A stretch of 64,000 nucleotides of DNA from Bilabrum cf. latius. Its lineage: Eukaryota. Below are positions 37,265 through 48,718 of this stretch, in pieces. The stretch covers positions 868,001-932,000 of the forward strand of contig OZ237752.1 of the NCBI GenBank assembly GCA_965178125.1, read 5' to 3'. Each line of letters opens with the position of its first letter. Position 1 is the first letter of the stretch. The notes beneath the pieces were generated by a model that made no database searches, was not told the origin of the DNA, and saw only the letters and a program-made list of their open reading frames with translations. A program made the position numbers and the translations under genes.

Positions 37265-39692
37265 TCACAAGAAATCGTCCAGATCCATGGGAAGCCCAAA
37301 GTCAACCCCTAGCGAGGCAGGACCTGCCGCAAGGTCACCGCCGGCATCGACATCGTGTCCCCCCTCCTACTACGAGCCCTAGCTCGCGTCTGCTGCGTCC
37401 ATGGCCTGCCCCTGCCTGCCCAGCAGCTCCCCCGTCCCCTCCTGCCCAAGTGAAACCGGAACCCGGCCACTCTCAGCATCCATGGCACTGCAACCCTCTG
37501 CTTCGCTGTCCTTGTCTCCTGTCGGCCGATTGTCTCGGCAGGCAAGGGTCATGCTCCCGGGCTGCGGCGCAGCAAAGGCCTCTCCCGCTTGCTCGGCACC
37601 CTGTGTCCACGCCGGTGGCTGCCCGTGCTGCTCGACAGATTGGCCAGCCCCGCGCTCGCCGTGGTTCCGGGGCTCCGTATCCTGCATCAAAGCCGCAGCC
37701 TCCACCTTGGCATCGGCAAAGGCACCAACCAGTTCAGAGCCAGATGGGCCGCCGAACGAGCTGGCATCGGTGCCGTTGCTTCCAGAGTCCACGCTCGCAC
37801 CCACGTGCAAAGAGTCGTCTTGGTCCTCACCGTGTGCCAAGGCGGGCCGCACCTCGCTGTCTTCCATCTGGGCAGCACCACTGACGACTGGACTGCCGCG
37901 ACCGCTCGTTCCAAAAGACGCACTTCTCGAATGCAACTCTGGTGCGGTCCGACGTCGCCCGGACAGCGGCTGCAGCTGCGACTGCAGCACCCCGCTGGTA
38001 GCCGACGCACGCACCGGTGTATCGCAACTCGCGCCGGCTGTACCCCCCGAGTCGTCGGCACCCGCACTCCACTCGTCCACAAGCCGCTGGCAGGCTCGAT
38101 CCAGGGCTCCGCTGGCACCCCGAGCACCAATGGCTTCGTGCCTGGAACCCACGAGCTGCACGACGGACCCGCTTCCACGGGCGAGACACGCCGAATCGCT
38201 CCCCTTGAACTGCCTGATCCCGCCGGGCAGTCGCCTAGCTAGCCCCTCCACGACGCCCCAGCAGCTGGTCTGCCGTGCTGCCACCCGGCTGCAGACCAGC
38301 ACCACGTGCCGCATCGCCCGAGACACGGCGACGTTCACCCGAAAGGGATCATCCGCGAAGGCCATGCTCGAGGTACCCGCACGAATATTGCTGCCAGCAG
38401 TGCTGTCCGGCCCGCGCACTGTGCTCACCAGCACCACCTGCCTCTCCTCGCCCTGGAAGGCGTCCACGGTGGCCACCTGCACCCGCTGCAGCTACTGAGA
38501 GAGTTCCTCAAGAGACCTCGATGCAGCAGCGGCAGAACCACCACCACCAGCCTCACAGCCAGCGTCTGCATCGTTAGGCAACCCTAGTCCAGTGCCGTCA
38601 ACTTCTTCGTCCAGCCCTACCCCCGCCGCTGGCTTGGAGCCAAGCACCCTGGCCGCCAGCCGCCCGATGGCATCCCGCACCTCACGCACCTGCTTGCGGT
38701 ACACGCACACCACGCCGATCTCGCTGGCGTCGAGGAGGCTGCCAGGCGCAGCGCCCTACCCACGGCAGATCAGCTCCAACGCGCATCGCGCCACGCAGCT
38801 CGCTTCTTCCGGGCTCGACAGCTCCCTTCCTTGAGATGCCGTGGAGGCTGAGGAGGAAGCAACAGAGTACAGCGACGAAGACCCCGCCGCTCGAGGCACG
38901 TCCACGACCGTCACGGGCGGCAGTCCATCAAGCAGAGCCCGCCGCTGCTGCATGGACACGCCGCTCGTGAGCCCACCCCTTCCGTATGCGATCCGAGCAC
39001 ACGCGAGCGCGATGACGGGGTGGCAACGGTACTGGGTCCTGAGGCGGACCAGGGGCGCGGCCTGTGCCAGCCTCGGTGCACCTGTCGAGCGTGAAATGGT
39101 GGCTAAGGGTCTGCTCTAGGACAGCATCCGGTCCAGCAGCGTCGCAGCACCCGCATCGGCTGCACCTGTAGTACAATCGTGTGGGCCCGCGCTGGTTGAA
39201 CTCTGTCCAGACCTCGCGCGCCTCGCGCCGTCGAAGTCGTGCTCGTGCTCGTGCTCGCCTTGCACCCAGCGGGGCGGCCCCGCCACCACGGGGGGCAGCT
39301 GCTTCGAGTCGCCCGCCGCAACGAGCATGGCTGCACCGAACTGCAGCGCAGGCGCGAGTGCCACGCCCTCAACGACCTGAGAGGCCTCGTCCAGCACCAC
39401 GAGGTCGAACTGGTGCCCCTGCAGCACCTCAAACTAGGACGCGGCCAGCGTGCATCCCACCACATCGGCACTGGCGAGGCGCGCACGCCGTCGCTTTCTG
39501 TCGCCCGCTGCGCGCAAAGCCTCGTCCAGGTGCAGCAACTCGCCCTGAAGCTCCTTGACACGGTTGCGCAGCGTCAGCCTTGCCACAAAGTGCGGGTCTT
39601 CCTTCCTCGAACGGGAGGCAGGGTCGGTACGCGGTCCGCCAGCTCCGCTCGTATCCCCGCTGTCAACGATATCACATGGCTGCTGATACTCG

Positions 39693-39742
<50 letters not shown>

Positions 39743-42700
39743 TGAGTCGCTCAGGATGGGCACACCACTGGCATTGGAGCGGTCGGAGCGCTGCGACAGC
39801 AGGCGCGGTGCGTCGGGCAGCAGCCCGAGCTCGGCCCTCTCGTCCTAGGGCAGGCCCCACGGAGGCAGCGGGACCTTGGCAAGCTCTGCCCTGGCCGCAT
39901 GCAGCGCATTTGCCGCCTGCGTCCGCATCAGGCCGATCTCCCTGAGGTCGCCGTCCACGGACTCATCGCTGGCGCTGAGGTGCAGAGGGAGCAGGGGCTT
40001 GGCCACGCGCCGGACGCTGCCCACCCGGGCCACGCGCAGCGCTGCAAGGGGGTTCAAATCGTCCGAGGTAGCCTCTTGGTCGGACAGACTGGCAGCGGCA
40101 GCGGACCCGTCCCTTGCACCGTCATCGATGAGCTGCAGCAGCACGCGGTCCACGGCCGTGTTGGTGGCCCCCAGCACCAGCACACGGCCGGGGGTGCTTC
40201 CATGAAGAGCCTGCCTGCCCACTGCCTTGTCGAATCGCCTCGGCCCGTGTGAGCTAGCGCCCGGCGCTGATTTCCCAGAGCTGCTCCGCACCGTGAGCCC
40301 ACGCTGCCAGATCGCAAGCCGCACCAGCGCAGTCAGCGTGCGGGACTTGCCCGACCCGAAGACTCCCTCCAGGCACATGACACGGGGCGACTCCGTGCTC
40401 GGGCCTTGCGATGATGGTGATGATGAAGAGGATGAAGATCCCGTGTCCCTGCGTTCCACCAGGTTGCCGTGCCACAGCGCGGCAAATGTCTGCAGAGCCT
40501 GGCGCTGGTCTCCGTTCAGGCCGGGAGCCTGCGCTCGCATCCACTCGTGAATCAAACCATGCAGCTCAGGGCCGCCATTTTCCGACCCGACGCGCGTCAC
40601 AGCACTGGAAGCAGCAGTGCTCGATGATGATGAGGATGATGAGGTCGGCAGCATTGCTTGTGCCGACGAGGCGGCACCAGCTGCAGCAAGGGGCCGAGGC
40701 ACAGCGCCCTGCGACGGGCCCGCATGCAGCGCGGCGCGGGCCACGTGGGTCGCGACCGCTAGGCACCGCGGGTCCAGCTGGCCCCGCTGCATCATCCCAG
40801 CCGCCCCCGCGATCAGCCTCAGCGCGTGCACCACCTGGGTGCCCCCGCCCGCCCCATCCCCCCCTCGCAGAGCAATGACCTTGAGGCATCGACCGGATCC
40901 CACGTCTGGGAAGCTCCCTTTCGCCTCGGGGGATGCCAGCACCGCCTCTAGTGGCAGACACTCTCGAGCTTGACGATGAGACGCGCGACCGGAACGGGCA
41001 TTCAATGCTACAGCCGCGGGCGCTACGGGCAGGGGCAGCAGCTCAAGCATGCCTTGGGAGCTGGGCCCGTGCCACGCCGCCTCGCACACCACGGAGAAGG
41101 GTGGTGCAGCCCGTGCAGGCGCGAAGAAAGGCCTGCCCCCACCCCCACCGCGCCCCCTGCCCCTGCCGCTGCCCCTGCCACCAGAACCAAGGGGGCCTCC
41201 ACCGCGCGACGCACCGGGCAGCCCTGGGGCCCATCCAGGACTCGACGCTCCTTGTTCCCCGGCTGAATGCAGCGATGGCACTGAAGACACCACCCACAGC
41301 TGGCCCCGCTCGAATCCGGAGCTAGATCTAGAGGATCCCGTCGGGGACTTGGAGCGTCCCGCTCCCGCGCCCAGCTTCAGGAACCAGCGCTCCTGCCCCT
41401 TGCCGGCGAGGTCCTCGTCTCCCTCGTCCTCCTCGCTGCTGCCGTCGTCTCCATCGTCGTTGTCATCATCGCTCAAGTCAGCCATGCGGCTCCCGTTGCC
41501 TTTCTTCCACCCTCCCTTCTGCTTGCGCTTGCGACCGCCCCACTTGCCGCCCCTGCCTCCCGCCTTTTTCTAGTAGCCCTTGCCCTTGCCCTTCCACTGC
41601 CCGGTCCTAGTCTTTGGCAAGCTCCGCACCAGCTCGCACTGCGCTTCCATCCAGCAGCCCCTGCGCCGCGCAGCTCTCGCGACAGCGATGGGACCGCACC
41701 GAGGCACCGCAGCCTCGCCAGACAGCACGTCCAGCAAGCCACTACCACGCCCACCGGCCCTACCGCCGGCACATCCCACGGCCCCAGCTGTGCGTGCCTC
41801 CCCCTCTGCCTCGGCCAGGGCCTCGTAGTACCCTGCGAGAGGGCCGGCCAGCCCGGCCGTGAGCTCCCGCAGGAGCAGACGGGCGAGCAGGGCGAGGTGC
41901 CGACGCGCGTGCTCATCGCTCCCACGGTGGTGGTGGTGGTGGTGGTGGTGATACTCCTACTCCTCCTACTACTCCTTTCCGGGCCCCGCGCGGCTCATGG
42001 AGGACGGTGCCGCTGCGCCCGAGCAGCCCAATCCCGGGCCCCTCCGGCGCTGGCCACCTTGCTCACTAGCTGTCTGCCGCACTGCAGGGCCTGCCCCGTC
42101 CTTATTGTGCCCTGGCGCATCCCAGAACTGCCTTGCCAGCCGCAGGTGCTCCAACCTGTTGTTCCCTGGCCAGGGCCGCGTGAGACCGGAGGTTGGCGCG
42201 ACCGCTCGCCGTGGGGCCACCATGCCACCCCTCCGGCCCCGCTTGTGCCCTGGCCTCGGGCCACTCGCGCCTGCACCATCCCTATCCTGTGCTGCTCCCG
42301 CTGCAGCAGCAGGTGCCAGTGGAGCGAGCTTCCACGGGGGCAACACCGCCCAGGGCGGGGGCACCCGCACCATAGCGTGGGTGCACCAGGGGTCCTCTCG
42401 GCCCCCGTGCCGGGCGGCAGGCCCTGTGCCTGCACCGGCACCGGCACCCGCTCGTGAGTGCGACGGTTCCGGCTGTACTGGCTACAAGGCGGCCTGTGGT
42501 GCGGTGAAGCTGTTCCCTGGACCACTGTTCCCTGGACTACTGCTGCTGCTGTTCGCCCGTGCCTCACTGATCGTCCTGCCGGCAGCAGCCATTGCACGAC
42601 GCGCCGTCTGGTACCCGGGGGGACGGACGACGTCGGGCGTGGTATCTCCTCCAGTGCTGTCAGCACGGCCGGCACCAATCTGTGGGGGAGCACCTGTGTG

Positions 42701-43442
42701 AAGGTTTTTGCCGAGGACGTCAGGAGGAGAGGTCATGCCTCTGGGCCCTAGCGATGCCAGAGCTGAGCGGGGCTGGGTCGCCCGCTTGCTGCGTCCCTCT
42801 GGTCGGGTGGTGTCCTGACGGAAGGTGGGCGGCAAATCGTGCAAGTCGGATATTGGATGGTCCCCGGGATGACCCTCCCGCTTGCTGGTGCCAGGTGCGC
42901 CCGCCCTGCTCGCCTCCACTGGTGACCCTGGCGGGGTCCCTGCGCCCGCGCCCGGGGCTCCTGAACAACGGAAGCCAGGCGCCCCATCCACACATCCCTT
43001 CCCACTCCCACTCCCACTCCCACTCCCACTCCCACTGGCACGCATCGAGTCGAGAGGCGCTCCGGCCGCACCCTCAGGCCCCATGCCCATCTCTAAACCC
43101 CTTCCCGACCCAACACTGTCCAGCCCCAGCCCCAGCCCCAGCCCCAGCCCCAGCCCCATTTCCAGCCCCAGCCCGAGGTCCGTTCCCAGCCCGAGACCCA
43201 AGCCAATACCCAGGTCGGCTGCACCACCCCCCCCGGCATCGTGCCTCGACTCAGCCCCTATCCCTGTCCCTGTCCCCATCCCTCCACGGGCAGCCTGCGA
43301 CTCGCCCCACGCGCCGGGTGCACCGCCGGGCAAGGAGGCATGGCACTGGCTGCTGCTGGGAGCCGCCACCTGAGGAGGAGGACGAGACCCATGCTGCTGC
43401 TGCTGCTGCTGCTCCTACTGCTACTGCTGCTGCTGCTGCGTG

Positions 43443-43481
<39 letters not shown>

Positions 43482-44050
43482 GTTAGCGGCGAGGATGACG
43501 ATAAGGACCGCGAGCCACCACGGGAAGCCGGATGTGGGGCCCGGAACATTCCGGGACCGCCGCCGCTGCCGCCTCGGGAGCGCAGCGCCACCCGCCTGCG
43601 CTTGGGCGGCCTGGCTCTGGCAGTGGCACCACTGCCAGCGGGTGCCGGGACCGAAGCTCCTTCCCCCGCTGCACCAGGGAATGGGCGCGGCGGGCCCGAG
43701 CCGGTGCTGTGGCGTCCATTCCAAGCGGCAGAGGCCTGTGCCGATGAAACCCCACCCGGGGGCGGGCTGTCAGCGGGTTGCTGCTGCTGCGGAGGCGGCC
43801 CGGCCTCGTCCACCTGCACGAGGTGCCCGTCCATCTCCAGCTCCTCGCCCACGAGGCTGCCGTTCGTTGCCATGCAGATTTCATCGTCCGTTGCGAATCG
43901 CTAATCCAGGCTGACGTTCTTGCGCGGGCCCTCCAGCGGATACACGAGCATCTTGCGTGATTCCGTGTCGAGCGACATCGTGCCGTCCTGCCAGACCTTG
44001 CGCTTCTTGCGCTTCTGGTGCGTGTATAAGACAGTGAACAAAAGCTTCAT
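37265..44050 (-). CDS. ZGRF1: ZGRF1-like 5'-3' DNA helicase: N-terminal DUF2439 and C-terminal UPF1/DNA2-like SF1 helicase (~2261 aa, ~16 in-frame TAG)
   Basis: N-terminus MKLLFTVLYTHQKRKKRKVWQDG...GEELEMDGHLVQVDE (DUF2439). Helicase motifs LEGVFGSGKS, VLVLGATNTAVDRVL, RVGS, VVGCT, VVLDEASQ, GDSKQLPP, LRTQYRCHP, VATVDAFQGEER, RVNVAVSRA. Single frame; ends TGA 37265-37267. Confidence 0.85.
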
Positions 44051-44351
44051 GGCAGGCCTCCACAGGCGGGCGAAGCGGCAGACCCGGCCCTCTCGGGAGA
44101 TTCAGCCGAGCAGATGCTCGCGCCTTGCGCCTCAAGCGGCACCCACCATGTCGCAAGTCTTTGCGACACGCGAGGGGTCTTCTACTATCTACTTAGTGAC
44201 AAGCTGTCCGATGTACGGGAATATTGTGTTCGTTGCACAAGAACGGGACCGTGCCGCCGTGGATGAGCAGGTCCGATTCAAATTGCTACGCACAAAATTT
44301 TCTGCGGCTAGTATGCGGTATTTGTATACCTACTTTTCGCCGGCCACTTAT

Positions 44352-44434
44352 GCAAGTTTGCCCGAGCTGGTCTAAGGGGTTGTGTTCAGGTCGCAATGTA
44401 TTCGTACTCGTGGGTTCGAATCCCACAGCTTGCA
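44352..44434 (+). tRNA. trnL-CAG: tRNA-Leu(CAG), class II with long variable arm
   Basis: Acceptor GCAAGTT/AGCTTGC, D-arm CCCGAGCTGGTCTAAGGG, anticodon arm TTGTG-TT CAG GT-CGCAA, variable arm GTA-TTCG-TAC, T-arm GTGGG-TTCGAAT-CCCAC. No encoded CCA; TTTTT follows within ~10 nt. Confidence 0.93.
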
Positions 44435-45445
44435 CACCCGAGTTTTTCTTTCTTCATCCTCCCCCTCGCCCTCGACTTTCGCTCGCCCGTTTGTTTGTTT
44501 TTGGCACCCGTCCACCCGTCTGGCTCGCTGGGGCGGCGGCCCGTCCGCGTCTCGGGGACACCCACCCACAGCTTGCACACCCGAGTTTTTCTTTCTTCAT
44601 CCTCCCCCTCGCCCTCGACTTTCGCTCGCCCGTTTGTTTGTTTTTGGCACCCGTCCACCCGTCTGGCTCGCTGGGGCGGCGGCCCGTCCGCGTCTCGGGG
44701 ACACCCACCCACAGCTTGCACACCCGAGTTTTTCTTTCTTCATCCTCCCCCTCGCCCTCGACTTTCGCTCGCCCGTTTGTTTGTTTTTGGCACCCGTCCA
44801 CCCGTCTGGCTCGCTGGGGCGGCGGCCCGTCCGCGTCTCGGGGACACCCACCCACAGCTTGCACACCCGAGTTTTTCTTTCTTCATCCTCCCCCTCGCCC
44901 TCGACTTTCGCTCGCCCGTTTGTTTGTTTTTGGCACCCGTCCACCCGTCTGGCTCGCTGGGGCGGCGGCCCGTCCGCGTCTCGGGGACACCCACCCACAG
45001 CTTGCGCACCCGAGTTTTTCTTTCTTCATCCTCCCCCTCGCCCTCGACTTTCGCTCGCCCGTTTGTTTGTTTTTGGCACCCGTCCACCCGTCTGGCTCGC
45101 TGGGGCTGGCCCGCTGGCCGGCTTGTCGGCTGGCCCGCCTCCCGGTATCTCGGCGGCCCGTCCGCGTCTTGGGACACCCACCCACAGCTTGCACCGCGTT
45201 TTTGCTTCTCCCACTCGCCCTCGACTTTTCGTTTTTACTCCCGTCCACCCGTCCACCCGTCTGGCTCGCTGGGGCTGGCCCGCTGGCCGGCTTGCCGGCT
45301 TGCCCGCCTCCCGGTATCTCGGCGGCCCGTCCGCGTCTTGGGACACCCACCCACAGCTTGCACCGCGTTTTTGCTTCTCCCACTCGCCCTCGACTTTTCG
45401 TTTTTACTCCCGTCCACCCGTCACCCGTCTGGCTCGCTGGCGGCT
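44422..45445 (+). repeat. Tandem minisatellite array; each unit begins with the tRNA-Leu 3' end (CCCACAGCTTGCA)
   Basis: Unit starts at 44422, 44565, 44708, 44851, 44994 (143-bp period, near-identical), then 45181 and 45350 (variant units, 187 and 169 bp spacing); the last unit is truncated. Confidence 0.95.
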
Positions 45446-45769
45446 GGGGTGTGTCATGGCGCCTAGTTGGCCACCAGGTGCAGCTGCTGTGACAACGATC
45501 TGCTCATTGCTTTATTCTGCAGCAAGTGTGGAATTATTACTTGAAACTTGAATCCATTTGAATGCTGTTGTTCGCTGAAATTTTGAGTTTTTATTTTTTA
45601 TTTTACTTTTTTATCTGCTTTTCGGTCATTTATTGTTTGGGTGCGCTATCTGGGTTACCACCTCACCGCCATTTCCAGCCCATTTGTCTCCTTTACTTCA
45701 GCCACCAGCTGCTCTTCAGCCGCCTCCACCTGCCAACCCATCCCCCGACTAAGTTGCATCCCCATAGTA

Positions 45770-45899
45770 GCAGGGGCAGGGGCAGGGGCAGGGGCAGGGG
45801 CAGGGGCAGGGGCAGGGGCAGGGGCAGGGGCAGGGGCAGGGGCAGGGGCAGGGGCAGGGGCAGGGGCAGGGGCAGGGGCAGGGGCAGGGGCAGGGGCAG
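45770..45899 (+). repeat. Perfect (GCAGGG)n hexamer microsatellite, ~21 copies
   Basis: Directly visible. Confidence 0.97.
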
Positions 45900-46278
45900 C
45901 GTGTGCCACATGCGCTGCTGGGAGGCAGACAGTCTCAAGAGGCAAGCGAAAGAATGTAGGTAATGTCCAATGCAAGGTACCCTAGACGAGCCTTGGGTGG
46001 GGTGCGCCTGCATGCGCCAGCCTGGGTGCTGCCGAGGACCGACCCACGGTGCCTATGTCGCAATATTGCCAGAATGATTACGAAATGTATATTGATAGTA
46101 TCAAATGCAAGCCATCAAATGCAGTGTTCGTGCGCCAGGCGCGTACTTGGGTGCCGCTAAAAACGAAACCAATATTTTCTACGGCCCAAACAGCACCGTA
46201 CTAGTCGCGGAATGCGACGCACACTTCCCAGCCGCCTACTGCATCAGCGCAAAGAGATACGACCATCTCACCAGAGAA

Positions 46279-47997
46279 ATGCGACAAATCATTTCTGTAC
46301 TAGTGGCTCTCCTCGCCTGCCCGGCGCTCAGTGTGCATGGGCGACGAGCAGCAGGCCAGCAGCACCTTCGCAGCGCTGGCTCTACGTTGTCAGCCTCGGT
46401 CCGCGCCAACAGCAGGCACCAGAGCCGCGGCAGCCATGCGGCACAAGTAAACAGTAAGTCTGATAAGCTTGACACGCACTCCTGCGACGTCAGCGCCTTG
46501 GCCGCGAGGAAGCCAGCAAAGGGCGACACGCTCCGGAGAGGCGAGATTATGCAGTCCGCCGCCGGCCCACTCGAAAATGGCTTGTCCAAGGATTCGACGC
46601 GTGTGTGGCTCCGGGCTGACTGCAAGCTGGTCGTAGATGGCAAGGATAAGGCGGGATTGTTCATCTCGGGTAACTCCGAGAAGCTGGCCGACCACTGCGC
46701 GCTGCTCTTGACGGATGCGTCGTGCAGCACGCAGGGAGACCTGGCCATCATCGACACGGACACTGGCAAGTACCTCTGGCGGGTGGAATCATCTATATTC
46801 ACACCTGAGGTGGACACGTTTCTGGTCCAGGGGGACGGCAATGCCGTTCTCCTCCAGGAAGGCGCGCAGCTGCTGTGGAGCACCGATACCGGAGATAACA
46901 AGGAGGGGTCGGGGGAGTTCCACTTTGACCTGGAGGTGCGGGAGGACGTGCACAGTCTGCAGTGCGGTGCAGGGGCCCTGCAGTCGTCGTACCACCAAGT
47001 GACCGACGTCGACGTGCTGTCTCCGGGGCAGGTGCTGCGAGCCGGGGCCGCCTTGAAGGCGGGCGAGGGGGAGGGGGCCGAGCTGCGCATGCAGGGAGAC
47101 TGCAACTTGGTGGTGTACCGAGGGGGCAAGGCGCGCTTTGCGACCCATACGGCGGGCAAGGGGACCGAGGGGAAGTGCGCACTCGTCATCACGGGGGACG
47201 GGTGCGACACCCAGGGCGACCTGGCCATCGTGGACAGCGCCTCCGGGCAGTACATCTGGCGGGCGCCTACCTCGCTGATGAACCCGGGTGCAGATACCCT
47301 TCGTCTGCAGGGGGACGGGAACGCCGTCCTGTTCCAGCAGGGAGGTGCTATCGCGTGGTCTGCGGGGTCGGCGAACCTGGATAGTCCTGGCGAAGACAAG
47401 ACCTTCGGCAATGGTCTCAAGGCGGCGGAGCTGCAGGTGGCCATCAAATTGGCGGCTTCGAGTCGATGCGACCCCTAGGCTCTTGCTAAGCGACCTGCCG
47501 CCAGTGGCGAGTAGCTGTGGAGCGATGAGGTGCTGGCCATGGGGCAGTCGCTCCGGTCAGGTGGGGCCTACAGCAAGGCCTCTCTGACGGTACAGGACGA
47601 CTGCAACCTGGTGTAGACGGATATGAACGGACATATCAACTGGAAGACGGATAGCCAGGGCAAGGCCCAGAAGTGCGCACTCGTCATCACGGGGGAGGAG
47701 TGCGACCGCGCGGGAGATCTCGCTCTTGTGGACATGGACAGCGGGGCGTACCTGTGGAGCATCGACACGTCCTACATGCGGCCCACGGCCAGGGTGTTGC
47801 AGTTATTGGACAGAACCATGTACCTGCGCCAGCAGGCTACGCTCTCAAGTATGTGGTGGTCGGTTGTCGACGAAGGATTCTAGTCAGATGATCCCATGTT
47901 GGACGAAGCCAACCACCACCCTCCGCCCCGTGAGGGACAACCGGAAGGCAGTTTCGTGGAGGCGTTCACTTATTTGAGCTAGCCCCAGCAGAAGTGA
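46279..47997 (+). CDS. Secreted protein with three bulb-type (GNA-like/B-lectin) domains (~572 aa, 5 in-frame TAG)
   Basis: Signal peptide MRQIISVLVALLACPALSVHG. Motifs LVQGDGNAVL, MQGDCNLVVY, LQGDGNAVLF, VQDDCNLV. Three internal repeats of C.L.[LI]T...C...GDLA..D...G.Y.W. TAG at 47476, 47512, 47614, 47881, 47980; ends TGA 47995-47997. Confidence 0.8.
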
Positions 47998-48718
47998 TAG
48001 AGGGGGGGCGGGGCTTGTTCGGCGGCCGTGGATGCCAGTGGCATCATGACCCGAGATTGGCATCATGACGGAACCCGCTCTCGCTTTCTCGGCGGATGCC
48101 TGCGTAATCGGATATGGATGCTTCCACACCGAATGGCGCGAATCGAAAAGATTGCGATAGTCACCGCTTTCAATCTGAAGCACATCCTGGATGCGCTATA
48201 AGTCACAACAATCTGGATCAACCCGATCTGCTGAAGGGCCGAGCAGGAAATTCCACTGGGTGACCACGGCGGTCACAACCCGAATTCGGAAAATGTTGCA
48301 ATCATTTTGTCCCGCGTCTCTGCGTCGGCGAGGCGCTGAAGTGTGCTTTGGACAGGCGTCGGGTGAGGAGCCAGCGGAGGCACCAGCAGCAGACCAGTCG
48401 CCGGTGACAGCTCCCTGATCCGAGATATCCCTGACTTGGACGCAGTCATTTTGACTCCAGTAGCGGCAGCTGAAACTTCGTCACCTGCACCTGCACCTGC
48501 ACCTGCAGCAGGTGATCAGGGTTTCCGCTTCCGCCGCGGCGCCTGGAACAGGCCGGGACTCAAAAGGCCCAGGCCTTGGCGAGACTTAAGTCGCAGCTGC
48601 CAGTGCAGCCAAAGCACCATATGCATGACTGCCTGACTCTCCTCTCCTCTATCCGTCCCATCGTCGAGTCTTGCATCCACTGGCATTGCTGTTGAGCAGC
48701 GATCAATCAGGTTTCGAA

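Noticed and set aside
44352-44434. Candidate UAG-decoding (CTA anticodon) tRNA
   Set aside because: The anticodon loop is TT-CAG-GT (Leu); the CTA in this gene lies in the D-loop. I found no tRNA(CTA) in the window.
44422-45445. CRISPR array
   Set aside because: Units are near-identical over their full length with no unique spacers, there are no cas genes, and the context is eukaryotic.
44224-45551. Long ORFs (356-422 aa) in several frames over the tandem array
   Set aside because: Artefacts of a stop-poor 143-bp repeat; they overlap a tRNA gene and cycle through the same three peptides.
45770-45899. Telomeric repeat or chromosome end
   Set aside because: The tract is short, internal, flanked by ordinary genes and not a TTAGGG-type unit.
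48000-48718. Short ORFs between the lectin and the large orphan gene
   Set aside because: No motifs or convincing splice structure; likely UTR or intergenic sequence.
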